NCBI RefSeq assembly: GCF_006345805.1
Contig: NC_043006.1
Span: 95,356,001-95,420,000 of the forward strand
DNA length: 64,000 bases
Source: Octopus sinensis
Lineage: Eukaryota
Reading direction: 5' to 3'
Shown here one piece after another: positions 11,763 to 23,400 of the stretch (position 1 is its first letter; every line of letters begins with the position of its first letter). The notes beneath the pieces were generated by a model. That model saw nothing but the letters and a program-made list of their open reading frames with translations. It did no database searches and was not told where the DNA came from. The translations under genes were made by a program, and so were the position numbers.

Positions 11763-12512
11763 TATATATATATATTAGAAATGAGGTATATATTAGAAAT
11801 GAGGTAATCAGAAGATCGGATGGTTTATATTTACAGATATTTATTTATATATTACATTTTTTACATATATATCATGTGATTTAGATCATTAGCTCTTTCT
11901 CCCATTCTAGTGGGGTTTTCAAATCAAAATAATTCCTTTGTGGGAATTTTAATCATTTTATAGAGTTTCGTAGTGGTGGGGAGGAACAATACAGTACAAG
12001 AGGGTGAAGTGGATGAGGAGGAAGTGAGGGAGAGAAATGTGTGTATGTGTATGTGTGTGTGTGTGTGTGTGTGTGCACGCGTTTGTATCCGAGGCTAAAG
12101 AAAAGAGGAGAAGGGAGAGGGAAGAAGAAGGAATTCCTTTGGTCTGCTGGATTCCAAGGGGGTTCTAAGAATTTTAGCTTTGACCATTCCAGTGTCACTG
12201 AGTGTGTGTTGGTGGGTAGGCAGGCCATAAATTACACCTTTTATCATTTTGAGGATGGTCAAATGCCGTTTGGGGTCTAAGAATTCTTTCTACTTTTTAT
12301 GATCGTTTTTTGGAGGTGTGTGTGTGTGTGTCTGTGTGTCCGTGTTTGTGTGTGTGTGTGCGCGTGTGTGTGTGCGTGTGTGTCTGTCTCTGTGTGTTTG
12401 GAGAAGGGGAGAGAGACAAAAAGAGAAAAGGGAAAAGAAAAATAAGGGAGGAAGGGGAAAAAAAATTTTTGTGTTGATATTTATACCACTACATATATAT
12501 ACACAAACTTAT

Positions 12513-13172
<660 letters not shown>

Positions 13173-13212
13173 ATGATGTGTAAAGTTTCAGCCATTTAAT
13201 TTCGGGGAGAAC

Positions 13213-15311
13213 TTAGCTATGAAATATTTTTCCATATTCCTCCTGAAAGAGGTGTCGTTCTTCGGACATTTTGTAGAAGGGAACGAATTTTCCTTCTCCA
13301 CATGTAGCTAGGTGTGTACTTAGTGGTATTTTGCGTAGTTCTTCCTGCCGAATATGTTGTCGGTGAATCCTGGCTCGCTGGCACAAAGAATTACCAGTTT
13401 CACCTACGTAATTCTCCTTGCACGTGGGGTAGGTGGGGTTGCTGCAGATTCCACATCTACCATCTCCGCACTCTTTTGCAAAGAAATCCGTTTTAGTTTC
13501 TGAAGAGAATTTCGCTCTTGTTAGGTGTTTCTTTTGGCTTTTGTCCTGTTGTCTACTGTTTTTTATGCTATATTTGTTTAATATAGTTTTCATTTTGGGG
13601 CTTTGTAAGGCTATTGGTATGTTTGAATGTATGGTTTCGAAGATGTTGGTAACTCCAGGGTTGTGTGTGTTTATAAAAGGGATAGTGTTTTCTTTGTTTT
13701 TTGTTTTGGGTGTCCTGAGTTGTGCGATGTCTAGTTTTAATGCTCTTGTGATTTCATTTTCTATTAGTTTAAGGGGGTATTTTTGCTCTAGGAGGAAGTT
13801 TTTGAGTTCATCTAGTCTTATTAGTCGTATTTGTGAATCAGTTACTATGCTACATATTCGTCTTGCCATACTATATGGGATGTTTCTTTTTGTGTGGGAT
13901 GGGTGGCAGGAGTGGAAATTTAAGTATTGCTGTGTCAGTTTTTTTGTAGTGGATGTCTGTTGTGACGATGGAGTTGTGTATTTTGATGTTGATGTCTAGG
14001 AAGGGAAGTTCGTTGTGGCTGGTATCTATTGTGAAGTTGATAGATGGGTGCAGCGTATTGAGGATGTTGTGGAATGTTCGTAGGTCCTCTTCTGATCTGC
14101 TCCAAAAGATGAAGCAGTCATCGAGGTACCGTTTCCACTTTTTCTTGATGTTTTCTCTGAAGTCCTGTTCGAAGACTTTCCCTATTTCATCATATAGTTT
14201 GTTCTCCAGGAAACCCATCACCAGGTTGACATATGAAGGTGCGAAATTTGTACCCATAGCTGTGCCTTTTATCTGTCGGTATGTCTTGTTGTTGAATGAG
14301 AATGTGTTTTCTTCGAGTATTAGCTGGGTGCCTTGGATGATGAAGTTTGTCTTGAAGCGTTCGTCTATAAGTTCTCTGTATTTTTCTATTGATTGTTTTA
14401 TAGCTTCTAGACCTAGGGTGTGTGGTATGTTTGTGTGTAGATTTGTGACATCAAAACTTGCAAGTATGGTGTTTTCGGGACTGTATTTGGAATGTGTGTG
14501 AGGAAGTCTATGTCATACCTTATGTAGCTTGGTATCTGTGGGCATAAAGGTTTGAGTATTATATCTATGAAGTGGCTTAGTTGTTGTGTTGGTGCATGGG
14601 GTCCTGCCACTTTTGGTCTCATATATACGTTTATATATTTGTTGTGCAAGACTTTTTATGTGAAGTCGTGTGTTGAAGCAGATATTGTTATATTTCGGAA
14701 TGGTCATTTTGCCAGTTTAGCCAATAAAAACATACGCACTATATATTTGGTGTTATTTTGCTTCCGTATTATTTATTTTTTACATTAATCTTAATCTTAT
14801 TTCGGCCAGAGTTCTTTCGTCAAACTCCTGTGACCGCATCAGTGGTCCTTTGTTTTCTTCTTTCTTATTTGTGTCTCTCCTTACTAACCGTCAGCCATTT
14901 TGTATTTCTATTGTATGTCTTCATTTGTGCATGCTTATATCTCTATGCGCTTCTATGTTTATTTAGTGTGTGTGGGGGGATGCATGTATTATTTGTATCT
15001 TCTGTTTATATACGTTCATGTAATTTGCATTTTGTTTTTGTTGTTTTTGTTTATTCTTATTTTGTTCATGTGTTTACATCCACTTATTATTATCATTACA
15101 TATGCTTGTATGTATGTATGTATAACAACAATACTAGTAATAATAATAATAAATTTAAAACACAACAGGAGTTTGACGAAAGAACTCTGGCCGAAATAAG
15201 ATTAAGATTAATGTAAACAATAAATAATACTGAAGCAAAATAACAACAAATATATAGTGCGTGTGTTTTTATTGGCTAAACTGGCAAAACGACCATTCCG
15301 AAATATAACAA
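13213..15311 (-). mobile_element. Penelope-like element (RT plus GIY-YIG, frameshifted) with inverted pseudo-LTR
   Basis: VAGPHAPTQQLSHFIDIILKPL..IPSYIR; AMGTNFAPSYVNL; RYLDDCFIFW; LPFLDI; YVGETGNSLCQR..H; inverted repeat 14683-14831 vs 15164-15311. Confidence 0.9.
14804..14848 (-). ncRNA. HHR-like motif in the PLE pseudo-LTR (core CTGATGC)
   Basis: GGACCA-CTGATGC-G-GTCA(CAGGAGTT)TGAC-GAAAG-AA-CTC-TGGCC; position 9 is non-canonical. Confidence 0.45.
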
Positions 15312-15327
15312 TATATGTATATATATC

Positions 15328-15379
<52 letters not shown>

Positions 15380-15391
15380 ATATACATACAT

Positions 15392-15490
15392 TGTTATATT
15401 TCGGAATAGTTATTTTGCCAGTTTAGCCAATAAAGACACACGCACTATATTTGGTGTTATTTTGCTTCAGTATTATTTATTCCACTGTAA
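15392..15490. mobile_element. Third partial copy of the PLE pseudo-LTR terminus
   Basis: TTGTTATATTTCGGAAT..GCCAGTTTAGCCAATAAA.. matches 14683-14775. Confidence 0.85.
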
Positions 15491-15550
15491 CTAGGTAAAG
15501 AAAATCTTCGAACAGACGGTCAGTAGCGACACCTGTTTGTCTGACTACGC

Positions 15551-15598
15551 TGCACTGATAAAGGGCAACAACCCTGAAACATGTCTGCAGATGTCTGA
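15551..15598 (+). ncRNA. Degenerate type I HHR (G8 to A)
   Basis: CTGATAA-AGGG(CAACAA)CCCT-GAAACAT..ATGTC; stem I is only 2 bp; probably inactive. Confidence 0.4.
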
Positions 15599-15854
15599 CT
15601 AGCAAGGTGAAGCGGTTGACCTCCCCTGTTCGAAGGTTTTAATGGACGCAGGTTCCTGTGTCATATAGCTAGCTAGAGGTGATAGCCTCTTGGAGCTAAT
15701 CAGCGACAGCTTTAGTCTTATATTTATAGACTGCCATATTAGTATGGCGATAACTATTAATATCCAGTAACGCTGCCGTAATCTCCTTGAGAGAGACTTA
15801 GTAATTTTAATATTTCTAATATATATATATATATATATATTATATACAAATAAT

Positions 15855-16512
15855 AAGAGAGAGTCCACCATGTGGTCACTCTAACGCTAGAAATAGATCC
15901 GCAAAGTGAATCTGTCACTAAAAAATTGTTCTCAAGAATTAATTCAACACGCCAAGAATGTAAGCGAGCAGGACAAATGAAAAATAACGAAAGAATAGAT
16001 TAACTCCATACAATTGTTTCATCGTTAATATATTATGTAGTTTTACTTACATAAGTATTTTCGAATCATCAGTGAAGTATATCAAAAATATAATTTGCCG
16101 AACCGAACGGCAAAATCTACACGAAGCCGAACAAAGGCGAACGGTACATCCGATTATATTCGCAGTTACGTTCAAATTCCCTCATTCTGGCGCGTTAAAC
16201 AACGGATGCAAATACTACCCCAGTAATTTACTGCCGGTTTGAGAACATATTAATATTTGATTAAAATCACAAAAAGGATGAAAAAAATATATTGAATATT
16301 AATTAATAACTTCAATTTAAAACACCAATTTTTAGTGGCAGATTCCCTTTGCGGATCTATTTCTAGCGTTAGAGTGACCACATGGTGGACTCTCTCTTAT
16401 TATTTGTATTAATAATGTTTACTGTATCCCAGTTTTTTATACGCTAAACCACTTGGTGTTTTAAATTGAATTTATTAATTAATATTCAAATTTTTCACCC
16501 TTATTGTGATTA
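15855..16512. mobile_element. Non-coding HHR-bearing element with inverted partial duplication (retrozyme/PLE-like)
   Basis: Inverted pairs 15860-15950 vs 16325-16410 and 16260-16327 vs 16452-16512; HHR on the minus strand; (TA)n flanks. Confidence 0.75.
16003..16078 (-). ncRNA. Type I HHR with long stem II
   Basis: ACTTCA-CTGATGA-TTCG..TTATGTA..TACATAA..CGAT-GAAAC-AATT-GTA-TGGAGT; palindromic stem III ACAATTGT; first stem II pair is mismatched. Confidence 0.75.
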
Positions 16513-16516
16513 TATA

Positions 16517-16550
<34 letters not shown>

Positions 16551-16801
16551 CATATTTTGATGCACTTATACACACGCACACATTTATATGTATATGTATG
16601 CATGTATGTGTGCGTGTGTGTGTCTGTGTGTGACTGCGTGTATTGCAAAATTGTAAGCAGCAATAAAATTCCCAATGAAAGTCGAAAACAAATCAACACA
16701 ATTACAAAACCGTTTTTGCACACAACCTTACAATAAGAGACTGAATTCCTTCGTTTCCTATCTTTATCACTTGTTCTTTTTATGTAAATTTATACATGCA
16801 T

Positions 16802-16849
<48 letters not shown>

Positions 16850-16861
<12 letters not shown>

Positions 16862-16932
16862 ATGTATATATATATATATATAAAAATTATTTTTATTGTA
16901 TTTCTATATTTCTATATTTCTATATTTATGAA

Positions 16933-16978
<46 letters not shown>

Positions 16979-17255
16979 TTTCTTAATATATATATATAAT
17001 ATATATAAATATGAAGAAATGAAGATATATATGTATGTGTTTGTGTGTGTGGTGTGTATGTATATATATATATATATAAAAATTTATTTTATTGTATTTC
17101 TATATTTCTATATTTCTATATTTATGAACTTATATATATATATATAATATATATATATTATATATATATATATTCATTTCTTAATATATATATATATATA
17201 TATAAATATGAAGAAATGAAGATATATATGTATGTGTTTGTGTGTGTGGTGTGTG
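16850..17255. repeat. Tandem duplication of a ~200-bp microsatellite-rich unit
   Basis: Two copies of ATTGTATTTCTATATTTCTATATTTC..TTCATTTCTTAAT..ATGAAGAAATGAAGAT. Confidence 0.85.
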
Positions 17256-17439
17256 TGTGTATTAATTTCTTAAAACAATTACTTTCCTGGTAATTAAATT
17301 AATGTAACAATGCAATACTTTGATGGCTAATGTACAGAGATACGAAGTCTACCGTACCAACTTACCGAGACAACACAACAATGGCAGAGTATAGAGGTGA
17401 ATATGATTCGGTACAGACGTCTTGATTAGAGTGCTCCTG

Positions 17440-18410
17440 GCGGCCATATTAAAAAAATGCGCTGCTTAACGCGGTGGTGGGGAGTCTGTAACGGTGACGG
17501 TGGATGTTTTGGCGGGATTATGGAGATAATTCTTACGGTGTTGTTGGTGATTGTGGTAGTGGCTGTGAACACAATACTGCTAATGGAGATGATGGCGGTG
17601 GAGGCCGTCATGATGGTGATTGTGATGGTGGGGGTTGTCATGGTGATGATGGTGAGGATGATACTGATGGCGGCGATGTTGAGTGCGTTGCTGATGGTGG
17701 TGTTGGTGGTGGTGATGCTGAATGCGTTGCTGATGGTTGATGTTAAGAGGGTACCTGGACGTAACGATTTTATCGGTGGTGGGGGCTGGGGATTGTGGTC
17801 GTGGTTGTTGACGGTAGTGGTAGTGGTGATGACAGCGATGGTGGCGATGGCGATGACGGTGCCGATGTCTGTGTTGTTGGATATTATGGTTTGCTGGAGA
17901 CAATATTAACGGGAGTGGTGCCAATATTATAGAAAGTTATAGCACTGGGGGTAGTGGTGATGTTTGTAGCCGCCATTGATGGTGATGGTCATGGTAGTTT
18001 CGTTGGGACATGAAAGCGTCATGGAAATGAACGTGCTGCTATTGTTGCCAATGGTGGCGGTGTTGCTGTATCTATTATGGCATGATGTAAGTGTTGTTAA
18101 TGGAATTGTGTGTGTGTGGGGGGGAGTTGTGGTGGTGGTTCTGAAAGTGTAACTGGTATGGTGAGGTGTTGATGTTGGTAATATGCCTGGTGATGGTGTT
18201 AGTAAAGATGACGGTGGTGCTGGAGGTGGTACCTGTAGTGACAGTAGTGGTCATGGCATGAATTTCACTGAATGGTGGGAATGTTGTTATTAGAGGTAGT
18301 GTGGGTGTTATTGTGGTAGTGATAGCAGAAACAGAATTTTTAGAGCTGTGAATACGATGGTGATAGTGGTGGTAGTATTCCAATATGGTGGTGGTATTGT
18401 CGTTATACTA
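17440..18410. repeat. Degenerate (GGT/GAT)n trinucleotide low-complexity block
   Basis: Direct reading; yields spurious Val/Met/His-rich ORFs. Confidence 0.85.
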
Positions 18411-18582
18411 ATATTGTATTCTGGAATACTTAACTGCAGATTGACGCTTGTCGGCAACTCTCCACTTGAGTCGTTCCAAACGTGACCAAACCCTGCTTTT
18501 TACATATAGGATTTCAATACGCGTTGCAACTTCTGTTAAGGACTTACGACCTCATGTGCTTTCTCTTATACAGTTGTAGTTA

Positions 18583-19104
18583 TAAGAGGTCGTTAGATAA
18601 AGCAATGGGACTAGTCTAATACTGTTCGATATAACAATGTAGGATTCCGCTTTACAGTGTTGCCACATCAACGGCCCCTACAACTCCAGTTCAAGTCACA
18701 ACCACGTTGCGTTCACAGGTGGACAGTGATCACATATTTTGTGAAGTGATTTTGTTTTGTGTGTCCTGAAAATGAGCAAGAACAGTTAAGGAGAACACTG
18801 AAAGGCATCCATGTTGTCCCTTCGTGCCCGTATTCACCGTGTGACTTCTTTCTCTTCCCAGCTTGAAATTTCACCTCAAAGGGCCTCATTTTAGCACGTT
18901 AGATAACGTAAAAACGGCTGTAATCGACCAGCTTAGGGCTATTCCTGTTTCAGATTTCCAGCACTGATGTGAAGAGTGAAAGTGATGATTTCAGCGCCGT
19001 GTGGCTTCCCACACTGTTATTAAATATTAAGGGTTTATTTTCAGTTTAACTGTAAATAAAAGTTCTACTGAATAGGTCTCGTTAATTTATTTCCAGACCT
19101 TTTA
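18583..19104 (+). mobile_element. Internally deleted mariner (Tc1/mariner) element
   Basis: Transposase C-terminus PYSP-CDFFLFP / LKFHLKGPHFSTLDNVKTAVIDQLRAIPVSDFQH; degenerate ~30-bp TIRs TAAGAGGTC..ATAAA..GAC and GTCTC..TTTATTTCCAGACCTTTTA. Confidence 0.8.
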
Positions 19105-19424
19105 TTTTTATTGTAATGTCTATTGTAGTGTAAACCAGGGATAACCCGACTACAAGATATTTCGTCCTTTAGCATCCGTTCTTTTATTCCGACAACGGAT
19201 GTTAAAAGGTGAAAAAAATTTGACTTAATTTATAGAATGTGTGACCTCAAAAGAGAATCATGACTGGTCGATCTAGCACCAAGCCCGAGAGCTTGATATT
19301 ATAAGAAAGATCAATTTAGGCGAGATGAACCCCTGTCAAAAACAGCAATGTAGGAGATGTAAAACATCGCATTTTGGACGAATGTGAGGGAAACTATTCT
19401 AACTACTTCAATCGCTTAAATAAA

Positions 19425-19471
19425 TAGATAGATGGATGGATGGATGGATGGATGGATGGATGGATAGATAA

Positions 19472-19510
<39 letters not shown>

Positions 19511-19560
19511 TAGATAGATAGATAGATAGATAGATATATAGATAGATAGATAGATAGATA
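19425..19560. repeat. (GATA)n/(GGAT)n microsatellite at the LINE 3' junction
   Basis: Direct reading. Confidence 0.95.
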
Positions 19561-19947
19561 TGTTTCTTTATTAGCCACACAGGGCTGCACACAGATAAAA
19601 CAAATTACAAGGTAGAGCTTTTCTTTTGAAGGTTTAAAAAAAAAAAAAAAAAGAAAAAAGAAGGGGGAGTTTCGATCAAAAGGGATCGTAAAAGGAGAGA
19701 AAGAGGACAAAAAAAAGGGGGGTTAAAAAAAAAAAAGGGGGAGAGGAAAAAAAATTGATCAATAGGGATCGTTATCACAGAAATGTCAATATGAAGTGTA
19801 AAGGGGAGGACAGGTGAGGTTTACCCGTGGAAAGAGAAGCCTACGGAAAAGACCACGGTAACCTCGGTCAATGAAGTCACATTTTATATTTCTTTTTTTT
19901 TTTTTTTTTTTTGCAAATAAGCAACTCTCTGTTTTCGATTTCTGGGT

Positions 19948-22900
19948 TCATAGGACTATGCTCAAGGTGGCTTCGTCATTCATACGTGCCATTCTTGCTA
20001 CATTCACCCATCTTTTTTTAAAACATTCGCTAGACAAAACTTGCCTCTCTACTCTCACTTTCCTTTTCAAGTGGTACTTGAAGAAGTTGATGAGAGATTG
20101 ACCAGAGAGGAAATGTTTGTCTCCAATCCTTTCAGACGCGTCCACCAGATACATTCTTTCGCCATAGCCACAAGGATGATGAAAATAGCTCTTCCTTCCC
20201 GTTTGAAGGAAGGAGGCGTGACAATACTGACGATAGACTCAGCTGATAAACCGACTCGTCCCACACGTGACAACAGTTGTTCGACATAAGCCCACAGGTC
20301 GGAAATTGTTGGACACTGAACGAGTGCGTGCAGAACGGTTTCGTCGCTCTGACCGCATCTCGGGCAGGTCGGCCCCGTGTTTCTCGAGCCGTGTCTGTAG
20401 AGCTTATCCCGAACGGGTAGCGCTTCTCGGTAGCACTGCCAGGCCAGGGATCTCTGGAAGTTGTCCATGGGCCCTGGCCCGAAAGTCGTCCGAACAGGCG
20501 GGTCAGGTACTCCTCGTCGACGTCCAGGTTCGCCCCGAGCTCGTCGTCGTACCTCCCCTCCACTAAACCCCTATAGAATGCTTTGGTTGTGTTGAAGTCA
20601 CTTAAGGTCGACCCAGGACGGCAGAGTTGCTTGAGAGCAACGCGACACTCGCGGTGCCATTCGCCCTTCCTCGGCCTCTTTTTGATCCACGACTGCAGTT
20701 CGGTCATGGAGACGAGCTGCGGGAAAGCGTGCCTCACAAACGGCGACCACACCTGTTCACCGTCGTCTACATAGAGCCAGAGATGTCGCAGTCTCAGCGC
20801 GTGTCTGCGCATCATCAACCACGACATGCCCAGCCCTCCTTTTAACGGGTGTTGACAGCAATGGATCGCCTGACCATCGGGATGCATCCTTTCCACAAGA
20901 AGCGAAAGAGGATGCGTTGTAGTTGGTGATGGTAGGGTCGGGACAAGGTACGACGGTCAGGCGGTAGTAGATGACGGACGCGATGTACGTGTTCGCCACC
21001 TCCGCTCGACCTTTTAGGGACAGTTTCCTCTCGGCCCATTGCCGGGCGAGAGTGACCACCCTACTCGTTATCTCGTTCCAGTTCTTCTCCACTTGGAGGT
21101 CCGGACCAACCCAGACCCCGAGCAACTCAACCGGGCCGTCGGTCCAGCGTCCCACGACGGAGGCGCTGGTGGACGGCATGGGCTTGCTTCTCCAGGTGCC
21201 TAGTCGCAAGCCCACTGACTTTTCCCGTTGATTTTCGCTCCTGTCACCGCTTCGTAGTTTTTCAGTGTCTCGCCGACCAGCTCGATGTGCTCGTGGCTAG
21301 ACACTATGACGGTGACGTCGTCCGCGTATGCAGACACGCTCGTCCCGCATCCCAATTCTCGCGGGATGCCCCTTAGCGTCGCCAGCTTCCGCAGTAGTGG
21401 CTCAAGAGTCAATACGTATAGAAGCGCCGAGAGGGGGCATCCCTGACGGACCGAACGTGCAATGTCGAAAGGTCTCGATAGATGTCCATTTACGCGAAGT
21501 ACCGAACGGATGCCTCTGTACAAGGCAGCTATCCAGCCGCGGAAGACGGGACCGAAACCAGCCGCTCTCAGGACTGCCTCCAAGTATCGATGGTCTACCC
21601 TATCAAAGGCTTCGATTGATCCAAGTTGATCAGGGCCCCACCCATGCCAGGTTCGTTAACTACCCTGTCTATGATGTAGCGCATCAGATGGAGGTTGTCA
21701 TGGATGGTCCGGCCTGGCACGGCGCATGTTTGCGCCTTGTCGACCAGTTTCTCGATGACAAGCGCCAACCTCTTGGCTAGCACCTTGGCCAAAATTTTCA
21801 AGTCTGCATTAAGCAGAGTGATGGGCCTAAGGTATCTATTACATTTCCCTTGTTTAATCTTTCTTCAGCAGTGTTACGGCTCCTCGGCTCACAAAACCAG
21901 GAATGCTCCCGTTTTGCTGCCAGTTGCAGTACACCGCCGCCAAGAGATCTCCAAACAAGTCTGGCATACATTGTAAAGCTCGTAGGTAGACCATCCAACC
22001 CGGTGATTTGTCCCTCGAGCATTCTGCCATCGCTTTCCGCACTTCCGCCGCCGTGATGGCACCTTCGCAGCACCCTGCCTTTCTTGTCGAGAGTCGTGGT
22101 AGGCTGTGTAGGTAGGCACTGAAGTCCACCCTACGTTCTTGCCCTCCACTCGTTCCGAACAGTCGGGCAAAATGCTGCTGAAAGGCCTCACACATTTTAC
22201 TTGGCTCGAGCAATTCGCGCCCCTGTTCATCTACCAGTGACCGAATGGTGGCTTTGTTGCCCTGTTGCGCCTCTGCCACCCGGGCCTCTCTCGCGGCTCC
22301 AACACCTTCGTTCCTTAGAGCACGCATCCTAGCTCTGACAGCACATCCTTCGTGTTTGGCGTTGAAGTGTTGGTCGAGGGCCAACCTCGCCGCCAAAACG
22401 TCGGATGCGATGCCGCTTCTAATTGCCTCTTCTAGCTTCTTAACTAGCTCACCCTCTACTCTATTTCTATCTATGGCTAGTGCTTTGCTGTACCTAATCG
22501 CTTCTGCTTTTACTGCTCTCTTGAGGGCAAACCCCCATTTGTTGTTGATGATGGCTCCCGTCAAAGCCCTCTTTACTAGTGTGCTAATCCGGTCTCTGAA
22601 AACTTGTCTCGATGGGAAAGACGCGTTTAGTTTCCAGTATCCGGGACCCTGCCTAAGTGTCTTACCTAAGTCTAGCGTACATGTCACAAGTTTGTGATCC
22701 GTGTAGCTGACTATGTGGAATTGTGGACATCCTATGCTATCTCTATCTACTGTCCTACACAGTATCCTATCTAGATACGATCTCGACGACCCTTGCGGTT
22801 GCTCCATTCCACGTTGGCGCATTCGGGTGGTCTAGTCGGAACCTGTCAGACAGTTGAAAGCGTCTGAGCAGGTCTCTGAGGCATTTGCATCCCCGTCTAT

Positions 22901-23369
22901 TCCTATCTCTACCCACGTAGTCTACATGCGTGTCCAAGGTAGCATTCCAATCCCCACTAAGAGTAAAGGACGAGACGTTCCCAAGAAAACTTCTAGACGT
23001 TGAAAGAAATCCGCCCGACCTGTTAAGGGCGGTGCGTAAACTGATACAGTCGAAAAGCGCACCCATTGCTGCCGTCGACATCCGGACGACCAGTCTACCC
23101 TCCGGGTCTACGAATATTGTCCTTACATTGAGAGCCAGACTCTTGTGAAAAAGTACCGCGGTGCCACTACCGCCCATTCTCGGCAGACAGGGGGAAAAAT
23201 AAATGTTGAACTGTCCGCCAAACATGGTCTTTAGGGCCCGCGGATTGTGGAGTCTGGTCTCGCTTATGGCTATGATTTCTAAATTATGTGACTTTATGTC
23301 ATTTAAGAGGTACCCTTGTTTCCAAGGGGACCCCAAGCCACGCGCATTTACACAACCAATCTTGATCAT
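19948..23369 (-). pseudogene. LINE ORF2 (APE-RT-CCHC), frameshifted in this sequence
   Basis: MIKIGCVNARGL..IIAISET; GDWNA; SYTDHKLV; GPGYWKLN; PITLLNADLKILAKVLAKRL; RQGCPLSALLY; AYADDVTV; CPRCGQSDETVLHALVQC. Confidence 0.92.
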
Positions 23370-23400
23370 AGTTCTAATGAATTAGAATACAGAGGGTTAC

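Noticed and set aside
17426-18383. His-rich or Val/Met-rich membrane-like ORFs
   Set aside because: Degenerate GGT/GAT trinucleotide repeat, open in several frames on both strands.
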